Notes: generated from the letters alone by a model not told the origin. Positions 35,401 to 47,873 are shown, counted from the first letter of the stretch. The stretch: DNA of 64,000 nucleotides from Tubiluchus corallicola (GCA_030141605.1 JAQGDQ010000533.1:62001-126000); one strand, 5' to 3'. A program made the numbers and translations.

Positions 35401-38400
35401 AGTGGAGGGTTTTCTTGTGCTTAAGATGTGTCCGCTTTTCCTTTAAACTTCTAAAAGTTTGCTTATAATATATTTATTTTGCTATATTTGCATTGGTTAA
35501 GCCACATCACGTGATTTTTAATCACAGTGTTACTGTAGATTCTTCTAGAATTTTCCTGGCAGCAAATGGCAGAGTAACCCATTAGCTGGCTACTGTTCGT
35601 TGTACCTTCTTGTGTTGTTAAAGCAAAAGCCAAGTCTCTCTGGGAGTTGAGCTTATTTTAATAGTAGGGAAGAATGTTAGAAATTTTAGCAATAAAACTA
35701 TGATAAGCATCTCGTGTAATTAGTAAAATCAATTTTAAGTCGTGATTATTTTGCGCTTGAGCTCGCTCATTTTAGACAAAAAATGGTGTCATCCGGTTTC
35801 CGTGCAATAGAAACACTTATCCCGCCAGGTGCTTCAGAATTTTTTTTACCTTATAGAGCGAACTCTACAAACTAAATAACCAGCCAGCCACCTACGTGCT
35901 GGCAAGTTTACTTGCATATCTAAAAGTCTGCAAATTAATTACATTGACGCAATTAATGTATACTACTTACACATTTTATGGTATAATCCTGTGAATTAAA
36001 GCTTTGTAACCACTTTAAATTTCATCATAATTGATCAAATGACTAAACACAGTTAAATACAACGCTAGAAAAACTGAACTTCTAAGCAAGCTGTAGAAAT
36101 TTCTCAATGCGTACCTTCACACAGCTTGCCTTCACGGCATTCTCTGCCCAGTAGTCACCAGCTTACGTCATTTTTTTGAAATATGCTGGCATCAACGTTC
36201 GTTTGGTGGGAGATAAGAAATATTTAAATTTCTTTTACATTTTTAAGCATTTTAATATTTTTAATTGTACATTAAAATAACAGTACACTACAGTAACTGT
36301 TATTCAAGGGTTGGTGCCTCCTTAAATTGCACGCGATCCTAAACAAATTTAGTCTTTTTTCTTCTTCAAGTTTTGCACTTTTCATTTTAAGATGTTAAAA
36401 GTTGGAGAGCCGAAAGTGGAGGTCTGGCCGCGTGCGAAGAAACCATCAGGATCGGGCAGCGACGGACAGTCCACTGGTGTGGCCAGTACGGACAAGACAG
36501 TGGACAGTGATGAAGAGGACAGAGCCGCGCCCGTCTTCAATCAGTCATTCGGTGATGCGCTTGCTGATGCTTTTGAGAAATTGAACACAGGCAGAAATGG
36601 TTCGTTTAGAGATACATGGTCTGATAAGTGAAATAAGTTCTGTTTAAAGTTACCATTTTAAGTCAGCTTTAAAGTTCAAAATGTGCTGTTTTAATGGTAA
36701 TTAACAGAAAATCTTGCACGATTTCTTAAAAAATTTACTTTGGGCATCGAATTTGTGTTAGTTATATTTTCTGTGAATGTCTACATTCAGTTGACTTTGT
36801 CTCTAAAATGTTACGAAATACACCTTTTACATTCGGTTGACTTTGTCTCTAAAATGTTACGAAATGCACCTTTTACATTCGGTTGACTTTGTCTCTAAAA
36901 TGTTACGAAATACACCTTTTACATTCGGTTGACTTTGTCTCTAAAATGTTACGAAATACACCTTTTACATTCGGTTAACTTTGTCTCTAAAATGTTACGA
37001 AATGCACCTTTTACATTCGGTTGACTTTGTCTCTAAAATGTTACGAAATGCACCTTTTACATTCGGTTGACTTTGTCTCTAAAATGTTACGAAATGCACC
37101 TTTTACATTCGGTTGACTTTGTCTCTAAAATGTTACGAAATGCACCTTTTACATTCGGTTGACTTTGTCTCTAAAATGTTACGAAATACACCTTTTACAT
37201 TCGGTTGACTTTGTCTCTAAAATGTTACGAAATGCACCTTTTACATTCGGTTGACTTTGTCTCTAAAATGTTACGAAATGCACCTTTTACATTCGGTTGA
37301 CTTTGTCTCTAAAATGTTACGAAATGCACCTTTTACATTCGGTTGACTTTGCCTCTAAAATGTTACGAAATGCACCTTTTACATTCGGTTGACTTTGCCT
37401 CTAAAATGTTACGAAATGCACCTTTTACATTCGGTTGACTTTGCCTCTAAAATGTTACGAAATGCACCTTTTACATTCGGTTGACTTTGCCTCTAAAATG
37501 TTACGAAATGCACCTTTTACATTCGGTTGACTTTGCCTCTAAAATGTTACGAAATGCACCTTTTACATTCGGTTGACTTTGCCTCTAAAATGTTACGAAA
37601 TGCACCTTTTACATTCGGTTGACTTTGCCTCTAAAATGTTACGAAATGCACCTTTTACATTCGGTTGACTTTGCCTCTAAAATGTTACGAAATGCACCTT
37701 TTACATTCGGTTGACTTTGCCTCTAAAATGTTACGAAATGCACCTTTTACATTCGGTTGACTTTGCCTCTAAAATGTTACGAAATGCACCTTTTACATTC
37801 GGTTGACTTTGCCTCTAAATGTTACGAAATGCACCTTTTACATTCGGTTGACTTTGCCTCTAAAATGTTACGAAATGCACCTTTTACATTCGGTTGACTT
37901 TGCCTCTAAAATGTTACGAAATGCACCTTTTACATTCGGTTGACTTTGCCTCTAAAATGTTACGAAATGCACCTTTTACATTCGGTTGACTTTGCCTCTA
38001 AAATGTTACGAAATGCACCTTTTACATTCGGTTGACTTTGCCTCTAAAATGTTACGAAATGCACCTTTTACATTCGGTTGACTTTGCCTCTAAAATGTTA
38101 CGAAATGCACCTTTTACATTCGGTTGACTTTGCCTCTAAATGTTACGAAATGCACCTTTTACATTCGGTTGACTTTGCCTCTAAAATGTTACGAAATGCA
38201 CCTTTCGGTTGACTTTGCCTCTAAAATGTTACGAAATGCACCTTTTACATTCGGTTGACTTTGCCTCTAAAATGTTACGAAATGCACCTTTTACATTCGG
38301 TTGACTTTGCCTCTAAAATGTTACGAAATGCACCTTTTACATTCGGTTGACTTTGCCTCTAAAATGTTACGAAATGCACCTTTTACATTCGGTTGACTTT

Positions 38401-39293
38401 GCCTCTAAAATGTTACGAAATGCACCTTTTACATTCGGTTGACTTTGCCTCTAAAATGTTACGAAATGCACCTTTTACATTCGGTTGACTTTGCCTCTAA
38501 AATGTTACGAAATGCACCTTTTACATTCGGTTGACTTTGCCTCTGCCTCTAAAATGTTACGAAATGCACCTTTTACATTCGGTTGACTTTGTCTCTAAAA
38601 TGTTATAAAAATACACCTTTTACATTCGGTTGACTTTGTCTCTAAAATGTTACGATATACACCTTTTACATTCGGTTGACTTTGTCTCTAAAATGTTACG
38701 AAATACACCTTTTACATTCGGTTGACTTTGTCTCTAAAATGTTACGAAATACACCTTTTACATTCGGTTGACTTTGTCTCTAAAATGTTACGAAATACAC
38801 CTTTTACATTCGGTTGACTTTGTCTCTAAAATGTTACGAAATACACCTTTTACATTCGGTTGACTTTGCCTCTAAAATGTTACGAAATACACCTTTTACA
38901 TTCGGTTGACTTTGTCTCTAAAATGTTACGAAATACACCTTTTACATTCGGTTGACTTTGTCTCTAAAATGTTACAAAATACACCTTTTACATTCGGTTG
39001 ACTTTGTCTCTAAAATATTACGAAATACACCTATTTTTGCCAGATTCGTAAAGAAACGTTTTTCTGACTTGTTGATTTCCGGTTTCCTGCTTGTTTTGGC
39101 TTCACACTTAATAATATTTGCTGCTACATTGAGAAAAAGTTTCTTATTCATCTAATTTGGATTAATTTTTAATTGACTTTTTTTAGGAGAAGGTCGGCAG
39201 GAATTGGTCACGCCATCTAGCGGAAAGAAAAGGAAGGGCAAGAAGAAACAGTTGACGCTGTTCTCCACCTCGATGGCAAGAACAGGAAAGTAA
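23375..39293 (+). CDS. RNF10: RING finger protein 10 (E3 ubiquitin ligase), ~831 aa, 14 exons
   Basis: Exons 23375-23459, 24161-24354, 25219-25448, 26532-26680, 27517-27643, 29351-29490, 29715-30013, 30321-30738, 30895-31028, 31677-31832, 32676-32847, 34330-34406, 36392-36599, 39187-39293, with consistent phases. Diagnostic motifs: [29 protein letters not shown]3HC4 [87 protein letters not shown]. Confidence 0.97.
26850..27405 (+). mobile_element. Degenerate MITE family A with an internal 85-bp triplication
   Basis: Shares GTGCACCACT..GAATGCTCTGATTATTTTT..CAAAATGGCTGC with family A and ends TTGTCCTTTAA. Units start at 27111, 27196 and 27281. Confidence 0.7.
29030..29330 (-). mobile_element. 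MITE family A fragment
   Basis: AAAATAATCAGAGCATTCGTAG..CAGGTAAGCG..GGAAAGTTTTT matches ~9720-9960. Confidence 0.7.
33197..34146 (-). mobile_element. Probable non-autonomous Helitron carrying a tandem array
   Basis: On minus: 5' A|TCTTATCTTGAC, and a 3' hairpin CCGTGT-n8-ACACGG followed ~12 nt later by CTAA|T. No TSD. Confidence 0.42.
33310..33789. repeat. 60-bp tandem repeat, ~8 copies
   Basis: Unit AGCTAGCTGATTTACTGTGTGAATCAGCTGATGAAGTAGCAACTGACTCAGCTTCAGCCG, in register with the 60-nt display lines. Confidence 0.97.
34650..35192 (-). mobile_element. MITE family C copy
   Basis: TTAA|AGGAAAACAAG ... CGCTTTTCCT|TTAA; reverse complement of 60289-60851. Confidence 0.8.
35189..35424 (+). mobile_element. 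Internally deleted family A MITE with a doubled left end
   Basis: TTAAAGGACAA-n-TTAAAGGACAAGAAAAGGGGTACC ... GGTTTTCTTGTGCTTAA, flanked by a duplicated TTAAGATGTGTCCGCTTTTCCTTTAA. Confidence 0.8.
36783..39033. repeat. 46-bp tandem satellite, ~49 copies, in the last RNF10 intron
   Basis: Unit GGTTGACTTTG(C/T)CTCTAAAATGTTACGAAAT(G/A)CACCTTTTACATTC (period shown by starts at 37341 and 37387). No unique spacers. Confidence 0.98.
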
Positions 39294-40697
39294 TAAAAAT
39301 CCCGGCAAAAACATCGAGAATTATTTGCGTCTTTGTTTGATTGACGCGCATTTAAAGTTACATTTGTTATGATTACAGCTGAATTTTTGCAATACTGCTT
39401 GTGTGTGCTGCTCCAAATGATTGTAATGTGGTGTAAAATTTCAGACATTGAAAAACTACTCATGCTCGTAGCAAATCGTACATGGACATTGTCCTGCATT
39501 ATGCCGTAGCTAGATTTGAGACAGTTGGGCTTTTTAACTAACCCGTTTATCCGTTATTAATTGCGGTTGGTTGACTGTTTAACCATTCCCCCGATGGCGT
39601 CATACATGATATAAGAAAATATCGAATACAGTTTCATTGCACAAGTAAGCGGTGCGGTTCAAATCTAGCATGCACCAGCAAGGATATCCAACATGGCGTC
39701 ATCCTTGTAACATACACGAGTGAAAAACTTTTTACAATTTACCGTTTAGATGCTTAAGCAACCAGATTAATTGAAACAATGTTGTAGATAGTACAGTGTT
39801 ATGTAAGCGGGACATTGTTAACTGTGTACGCAAACTGAGAAAAGTTACAAGGTTTAATTAATACAGATACGTAGAAAACTTGTTTAAGTAATTGTTAAAC
39901 GGTTATTGATTTTCTAATCTATTACATCAGTTAGTGGTTGGCTAAACCCTTGAACAGTTAACTGTCTCTGCCCTAGCTCTAGCATTGTTTTGTTGCGTAA
40001 TTGTGTGTTTGTTAAGCCTTGAACCACTTGGTCATTGTTACGCATTGATATAATTGTTTTTCATGAAAAATGTTGTCTTTGAAAAATAGGTATTATTGAA
40101 AAATATTGTTATAAGTTTCAGTTAAGTAAGAGTTTAGGCAAAGTTCTTTATTTTCATAAGGTATTCTTTGACTACAATGGTTTGTTACAAATATCTAAAT
40201 AACATCGTTTGCGATTGAAGGCTCATTGCAGTGTTCTGTAACAAGTTTCACTGTTTATGAAGAATTGCGACTTTTTCGTTTTCTATGCTCTTCACTAATT
40301 TTCTGATGCGTTTTAAAGCGGAATTCATTATTCGCATTCGATCCAGATCTGGTCCACATTCAATCCAGAAGCATGTTGAGGATTAATTTAGATACACTTT
40401 TGAATACATCTAATGTGAATCATCGTCGAGTAAAAACATTATTTTGTTAAACTTAAAAATGGTGTTGCTTTAGTACTTTGTAAATATGCTTATTGCCTAT
40501 TCGTTATGGTCATAAATTGATTTTTAATTAACTAATGTAACAATTCTTAAGATTTCACAAAACAAAAACCAAGTTGAAGAAGGAATTTCCATTATTTTGT
40601 CGAGACTAAAAAAATGTTTAAATGGTTATTAATTATTGTTAATTGACATGTGTCATCGTAATATTTGAAAGCGTTTTGGTGGCCTCTAATAGGTATT

Positions 40698-41325
40698 TTG
40701 TGGCGTATCAAGTGCTTGTGGCGCCCTCGGGCAAAAAAGTTCTGGTGCCCTACCCTTTTAACGTTTCGATAATTTGTTTCATGGGTGAAGCCACAAATTG
40801 TGTGCGTCCCTGTGACCAACTTTCCTTTTTCGGCACGATGGGATGAAAGGTCAGCGATCGTTTTCCAAGAATCACCCTGAGTTTGGTTTGTGGTACTGCA
40901 GCAGAGTAACTCTTTTCTATGCATAAATTCCTCGTAACATGACAGTCCTTAAACATATAACTCCAGCACTAAAACTTGCAAAGATTACGAAACCTACGGA
41001 ACACTACAGGTTTTCACAATAATACAATCAGCATTTAGAGAAACGCTTCTGTTTCTCCCAAAATTATCGATCTTAAACCACACGACACCCTACACATGTC
41101 GTTAAGCCTTAAAAAAGCCTACACCCTAGAAAAACATTTGCCTTTTTTCTAGGGTGTAGGTAGTAATTAAGTCAGCTACGATGATCTCTGACTAGGCAAT
41201 TTTGTTGTAATTTGAAAACTCGTTAATGATGGACTAGTAATAATTAACTGTCATTGAACTCCAGAAGAATTTTGCACCTTCTCACTCTTACCTCTGGGGG
41301 CGATCGCCCCCACCTTGCCACGCCT
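40698..41325 (+). mobile_element. hAT-like non-autonomous element
   Basis: GTGGCGTATCAAG left end and TTGCCACGCC right end. 40698-41075 is the reverse complement of 49188-49560. Confidence 0.6.
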
Positions 41326-42620
41326 AAACTTGGAAGATACCATTTATGAAACGGCTTTTAAAATTATTTAATGAAAACAGTTATTATTAGAAATTTTAAT
41401 AATTAAATAACAGAAAATTGGATTATAGAATAAATATACTAAAGCTGAAAAATTTGTTTTTTTTTAATTTTTTTCCAGAATTTATTATTACATTTTATTT
41501 TACACAGTTGACAAACGGTTTTCAAGTTTGCGATTCACATTCATTGATGGGTAGGTGTGTGAGGTTCATCAAACCTTTCTCTATGTTTCATGCACTATCG
41601 TTATCATAAAAGATTAATTGTACTGCAGTGGGGCTAGAGAAGTAAAGGCTTGTATAAGTCCACTGTCATGTGAACAGTAATAAGTTATAACGTTTCACAC
41701 ACTATCATTATAAAAGAGTAATTGTACTGCAGCGAGGCTAGAGAAGCAAAGGCTTGTATAAACTTTCTCTCGTGTGAACCAGATAAAAGAGGAATTGATG
41801 AGTGAAAGAACAGGAGAAAAGTTAGATCACACAGGACCGGAAGAATGATGTGTTAGTGGAAATAGTAGGAAGAAAGACAGTAGATTGTGCGATGTTTACA
41901 TCAGCTCTAAAGATTTATCAATGATGTCTTGTTTTGTATAATCTGTACCAGGATTGTGGTATGACTATTGTACTTGTTGAAAATAATTGCTTTATAATAT
42001 TTTTAAATTTTTGAATTGGCTAAATAGTATATAGTTCATCATTTATGTTATTCCAAAGCCTTAGAGACAAAATTTGCAATGAATTGCCGTGTCACGTCTG
42101 TTCTACAGAAATTTACGACAAATTTTCGTTTTGATTGTAACAGGGTTATCTAAAACCTCTCAAACGCGGTAGATCCTCAACGGAACTTGCATTTTCTTAG
42201 GCAGTTCGGTTATTAGCTGTTTATAGTTTCAATAATATTGGGTATTATTTTGAAAACCTTTAGCAGAGTTGGTTTGATAATAAGAAAAAGACAGTGGACC
42301 TTTATTGTCTGAGAAAACTAAACATTAAAAGCTAAAAAGCAGCTAGAAAGTTGTAATAATTTCATTGTTTTATTTGCGAAACTCCACATTATGTTTGCAT
42401 GCTGCCAATAGATGGCGCCACGGACTCCTTCGTGCGGCATAATTCAGTTCATTTGTGGTTGCATGACGATTTCTGTCTTTTGACGAAAAACAACCAGTTT
42501 TACGTTCGATTCATTAAAATATTTTTTGAACTACTGTGCTGTAATAGTTGCCGTGGTTTATTTAATAAATGAAATGAAAATGTCAGATTAGCTGATTTTT
42601 AAAAGTATTCCAAAAACAGC

Positions 42621-42779
42621 GTCATCGGTAATGCAGTCACAGGAAAAAGTCGTAATTTGGTTAGGATAAAAGTCACAATTAATTTTGACTAGGGTTAGAG
42701 TCCGGGTTAGTATTTGGGTTAGGGTAGAGGTCAAGGTTAGGTTATTTCTTTTTTTCCTGTGACTTTGCTAGCTGGATTG
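42621..42779. mobile_element. Small TIR element with internal degenerate (TTAGGG)n
   Basis: AGTCACAGGAAAAA / TTTTTCCTGTGACT inverted ends, an AAAACAGC direct repeat on both flanks, and GGGTTAG units at 42690-42744. Confidence 0.6.
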
Positions 42780-43017
42780 AAAACAGCACACCACATCTAG
42801 ATCCTACTATTTTTGAGGTCAGGAACTTTCTTTAGGATTGAGAAGCGCAGAAGTTCGAGTGAAAAAAACTTGATGTTTGAATGGAGAAGAACTTTATGGT
42901 GTATGATAGAGAAACGTAGGTTTCATTATGATCAGTGGTTACTATAAGTGCTGATTAGGCATTGATCAAATACGGATGACTGAGGCACCGACTGGATGTC
43001 CGTCCCTTATTTACCTA

Positions 43018-44732
43018 TTAGGTTACTGTACTTCCCTTGCCTCTTTTGCTTCCTTTGCTCCCCTTGCCTCCTTTGCTTTCTTTACTTCCTTTGCTTCCCT
43101 TACTTCCCTTGCTTCCGCTACTTGTTCCTGTACCGTAACCAATTTCTTTAAAAAGGCCGGCACGCACATTGCCGTAAAAATCCCTCACTAGAATCAGTTC
43201 ACCGCCTTGTTTTTCTACGTGTTTGCCACCTTTTATAATAAAGATGTTACTTTTGCTGTCATATCCACTTCCAGAGTTGCCGCTGCCATAACTGCCGCTA
43301 CTGCTTGAACCACTTCCATAATCACTGCTACTGCCATAACCGCCGCTACCACTTGAACCACTTCCGTAATCACTGCTGCTGCCATAACCGCCGCTACCGC
43401 TTGAACCACTATGCTTGTTTTTTACAACATAATAGGTTGTGCGCCTTACACTTGGTCTCCTCCTACCATGACCACGGTTTCTGCCTCTGCCTTGGTGACC
43501 ATAACCACCAGCTGAGTTCACAACAATTACCATAAGCTGCAAAAAATAAATTTCTTTAACCCCAATGGCGCATTCAGACTTGCCAGTTTTCTCGCTAAGT
43601 TAAAGGAAGACCGGGAAATTGTTTAGACTCAATTTCATTTTAATTTACTGTCCAAAATATACATTTTCTTGTCTATTAAAGTTAGCAATTGTTTCCAATA
43701 TTTGGATAATTAACTTAAAAAGTTAGTGAACGACAACCGAACACAGCTCTTGCTTACGTCAGAAACTAACCACAGTTTGTGCAATGGCTGGCATCTTACC
43801 TTGCGCGTCAAGCACGTGTGCGTAAGTTTTACAGTACTGCTTATATGCGTGATGTCTCAAAAATGGGCTCTACATCTTATGAGGTCAGAAACTAATAATG
43901 CAGTTCATGATCACGGTTATCACGGTACCGCCTTCTATTTGTTGGCCACGCGCATGTGACAAAAAGGCACCGTTGCCAATCTTAGTAGATTCACTGAGCC
44001 GCGCGTAACTTTGAAAGTTTAACAAAATTTGAGTATCCGAGGTAATTATTATTCAATCTAAGCTTTGATTTAAAATACGCTATTGTAGTTTTCAATATTT
44101 TAGAGCATTCTTTATTCTGAACTAATGTCTACACAATCGTCCGGTTTTCCTTTATCTCGCCAAATAACTGCCAAGCGTGTTCAATTCGCATCAGAGTTCG
44201 CAAATACTTGCCGACAGTAACTCGCAAAGCAGTTCACACTAGCGAGTTTGCTATCAGAGAGAAGTGGCTAGTCTAAACGCACCGTAAACGCGGTTAGACG
44301 TGGGGATTGTATAATTCAAATTCAGTTCTAGCAGCAAGAAAACAAAGAACATTGGAACGGCAGGAATTGAAAATAGAGGTTTGAAAGCAGAGCTAATACC
44401 CCCCTCCGAGAAACATTTCGTTATTTGACTTGGTTGCACATAGGAAATTAGTACGGAATGCGAAGCAATAGGTTACTCGCTTATTGGCACATTATCAGCT
44501 TTTTCTGCCCAACTACCTTGCGACGTGACAATATCAAAACTGGCTAAAAGCTTATTATGCAAAGAACAACGAGAACAAGAACGATACCGGCCTCACATCA
44601 AAACAGATCTGCTTATAAGGTTACATCACGAGCGAAGAACGCAATAATGAGCAAAGGCTGAATAAAAATCAATACTATATAAATAAGTTAAAAACTTACC
44701 GAAATTAGTATCACAATGGTCACTAATTTCAT
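43018..44732 (-). CDS. Secreted Gly/Ser/Tyr/Lys-rich low-complexity (structural/adhesive-type) protein, 183 aa
   Basis: Coding exons 44700-44732 (AAAAATG; MKLVTIVILIS|gtaagt) and 43018-43536 (tttgcag|LMVIVVNSA...), phase 0, together give a classical signal peptide. Mature part has an Arg/Gly block, (GSSGSGGYGSSSDYGS)x2 and a (GSK)n tail. Confidence 0.88.
43566..44284. mobile_element. Harbinger-like MITE interrupted by a family B MITE
   Basis: GGCGCATTCAGACTTGCCAGTTT versus AAAGTGGCTAGTCTAAACGCACC inverted ends, enclosing 43600-44155. Confidence 0.6.
43600..44155 (+). mobile_element. MITE family B, full copy
   Basis: Collinear with 8072-8626: TTAA|AGGAAGACCGG ... CCGGTTTTCCT|TTAT. Confidence 0.88.
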
Positions 44733-45296
44733 TTTTGATGTGCAGCAGCTATCTTAATCCACTAGATTAACACAAAAATACTATGCTGTTAAAATTTTAT
44801 CATTAAAATGTTTAAATTATGCATTTAACAACATACAACAAATTATTAAATTATACTACAAATTAAATCATACAACATGCAATGTTAAATTATACAAAAA
44901 TACTATGTTGTATATACATAATAAATATATGATTACAACGATTTGCTAACAAATAAAAAGTTGTACTACTTCAGCATTTTACTTCTTCCTTTGCTGCAGT
45001 TTTGTTAAATAAACCATAAACTAAAAAATATTCTTAGCATTTTTGAGAACAACTAAGAATTTTAATTGTATGATATGAAAAGATGTGTCTATTGCTCGCT
45101 GATTTACTCTTATTATAATTTTAGTTGCGTATGTAATATATATGATTTTTTCATACATAAGTAACAAAGTTTTCGCATATCTTCTACTATTTTTGCAGAC
45201 CGATTTTTCTTTGAACTACACTATAATGTAATTAGCTTATAGTAACAAATATAGACCTATAGTTTACACGAGTATATGAAAAAACGTTTTGCATAC

Positions 45297-45357
45297 CTTT
45301 AGTGTATCTACGAATACTTCTTTTTTATTTAGGACGCTCTCTACATTATATATATAC
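45297..45357 (-). promoter_or_regulatory. TATA box and short non-coding first exon of the G/S/Y/K-rich gene
   Basis: Minus strand: CCGGTATATATATAATG, then ~30 nt later AGTATTCG, then donor AAG|GTATGC at 45297. A matching acceptor TTAATCTAG lies ~30 nt before the ATG at 44732. Confidence 0.6.
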
Positions 45358-45699
45358 CGGCTCCACTGCCCTCAATAGCTGACACTCAAATGAGTACTTT
45401 CTAGACGTCAAAACTTTTGTCTTTTTTGTCAACTTTTGTTTTCGTGTCTTGTGATAAATAGAACATCTTTGCCATTGTCACTGTCAGCAAAGCATTAGGT
45501 TCTTGTGACTCCCGGCGACATTAAAGTGCAAGTTACACCAAGTAATTATATCTTGAACGTCTCAGGACACAAATTACCCCAGGAAAGTGGAATGTAAAAT
45601 TTTGACAAAGCTACGTGAACTAGTCTTTTAGGGGTTCTTCTTAGAAGTTTCTTTTAGACGCTTTCATTGGAAAGGGGAGAAAACGAAATTTAAGGTAGA

Positions 45700-46062
45700 C
45701 CTACATCCCAAAGAACTTTCCGTACAAAATTACATTATTAATTTTAGCATCACCTGTTTGATAAACTTATGTAATCGAAAAAGAAAACCCTTATTATTTT
45801 AAAATGTTTGTGTCACCTGGTAAAGCGGCAGTGCACCGCCATCCTAGTGTGCACTGCTGATTCACCAAAAACATATTATTATTTTTATTGACAAAATAAA
45901 GAAATTTATTCACTTGCTTAGATAGCGAAGAGTACACTACAAACGCCCTGATTATTTTTACAAATTTTACACAAACTTATCTAACCTTGTTTCAAGAGAC
46001 CTATCGTTAAAATGGCTGCATCTAATGATCATTGCGGTAGCTTAAACTTACAAGTTTTATAT
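45700..46062 (+). mobile_element. Degenerate MITE family A fragment
   Basis: CCCAAAGAACTTTCC..GTGTGCAC..CTGATTATTTTT..AAAATGGCTGC..TACAAGTTTTATA, collinear with ~3030-3385. Confidence 0.6.
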
Positions 46063-47873
46063 AGGTGATTCTAGCTCCTCACCTGATTGTAGAAAGAAGC
46101 TGCATTCGTATTTGAACGTTGTTAAGACAACTCTGTCAGTTTAGTGACTCAACTTTAGCCTGAGTTTTTATGATGAACAAGGTACCGATCTCGCCATAAA
46201 CATCTAATTTGAGTAGTCTCTCTCTCTGAGTCGTGGATTCCACAGTTAATAGTGTTAGTGCAAAAAATGCACCGTAAGTGCAAAAAATGACGGCAAAATT
46301 CTGTAAAACAATTCAAAACGTTAGACGACTGTTTAAACTTGGCTAAAATGATTTGGAACAAATTAGACTATTATATGAAATTTAGTTGAAATGAGAATGC
46401 AGTTGAGTATATTTGTGAAAATAGCGTTAAGGTGATATATTGTAAATCTATTGTATGTGTCAGATTTTATTTTTACTGAGACCTTGCTCATAGATACAAA
46501 TTTCGCAAAGTATTTACGCTTATGCTTTTTCGTAACTTTGGTGTCTCTGCGATTGCGCAGTTGGAGTTTCCTGTTCGACAAAATTGTCTGCAAAGATCGG
46601 AGATATGGGAAAGATAAATTTTTTCACATGAATCTTTGTACACACGCACACACATAGCTTTTTCACGTTTCTGGATAAGATTAATTCCACCGTAAGTTGT
46701 ATATGTGTGTGTGTATAATTATGCCAATGTATGGCGAGTTGTGTGTTGTAATAGTTGTAATTTTTGTATTTCATAGTAAACATTTCAAGTTTAATTATAA
46801 TTATGTTTAAGTAATTTAGTATGACGCTATTGCTAATTAATAGTAGACTGAGTCTAGTCATTATAAAATAACTAACTGGTATCCTGCCACGATGTATACG
46901 TGTCGTAATATTGAATTATTGACAACTATTACTAGTAATTAATGAATTTTAATGATAAGGAATTTATCTATCTAACTTAACTATCTACTTTTGTTAAACA
47001 AGAACGCAATTTTTCCTGGACAAAGGATCCTAGTCAGTTTCGCAGCATCCACCAAGCTGAACAGAGTCGAGAGAGTATTTTCCCTTTGACTATGATTTAA
47101 AACCTTACCAGCACGATTGGTCCTCAACAGTGTTTGCAGTCTTCTAACATTAAGTCTCACTGTTTATACCTTAGGTAATTTCGCCAGATATTTTTTGGTC
47201 ATGTGACCGGGACCACTCACCTGTGTATATCTATTTTTGCTTCGGCAAGCCAGTTGGTCAGTAGACGTTAAACGACTTCTTTACTTTAATAGTGATAAAA
47301 GTTTTACAATATAATAGTGCTACATTTTTAGATACATTGATAAATAGTAATCTTGCTTTATGGGGTCATATGCTGTAAGTAAATACATCATTTTTGCATT
47401 GTTTTGGTTCGTTATAAACTAATCATTTCGCGGACCTTAGTTTAATTAATGCCAATCTTATTATTTTGATAGCATTTCATATAAATTAGTATACTGTCAA
47501 ACTAGATTCAGTTTCCAATAAAAGAACTATGCTTGCTCTTTAATTATTATTACCTGTGCCAGGTCATAGTAGCAAATGGCTAGTATCACTAAAAGGTAGA
47601 AAGCCAGTAGCAAATATTTCATCCTTTTATTTGATACACTTATTTGCAATAATTTCCACAACATTTTCCAAACTCATTTGCAGTCCTTCAATAGATGGCG
47701 CAACCGTAATGCCAGTAACTTGTCTGCTTTTACTGTTTGGTATTAGAAGTACACAAGAAACTTAAATTTAATCAGGATACAACGATCATCAGATATTTAC
47801 AAATTGTACATAAAAATATTACGTTTTAATTACAATTAACAAGATTCTTTACATGCAGTTTATCATAACCCTG

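Noticed and set aside
36783-39033. CRISPR-like array
   Set aside because: Units are contiguous with no unique spacers, there are no cas genes, and the context is a eukaryotic intron.
42690-42744. True telomere or chromosome-fusion scar
   Set aside because: Short, degenerate, single orientation and enclosed by TIRs.
47480-47710. Possible LINE RT remnant (APSIEGLQMSL on minus)
   Set aside because: Only one short motif, no YADD and many stops; too weak to list as a feature.
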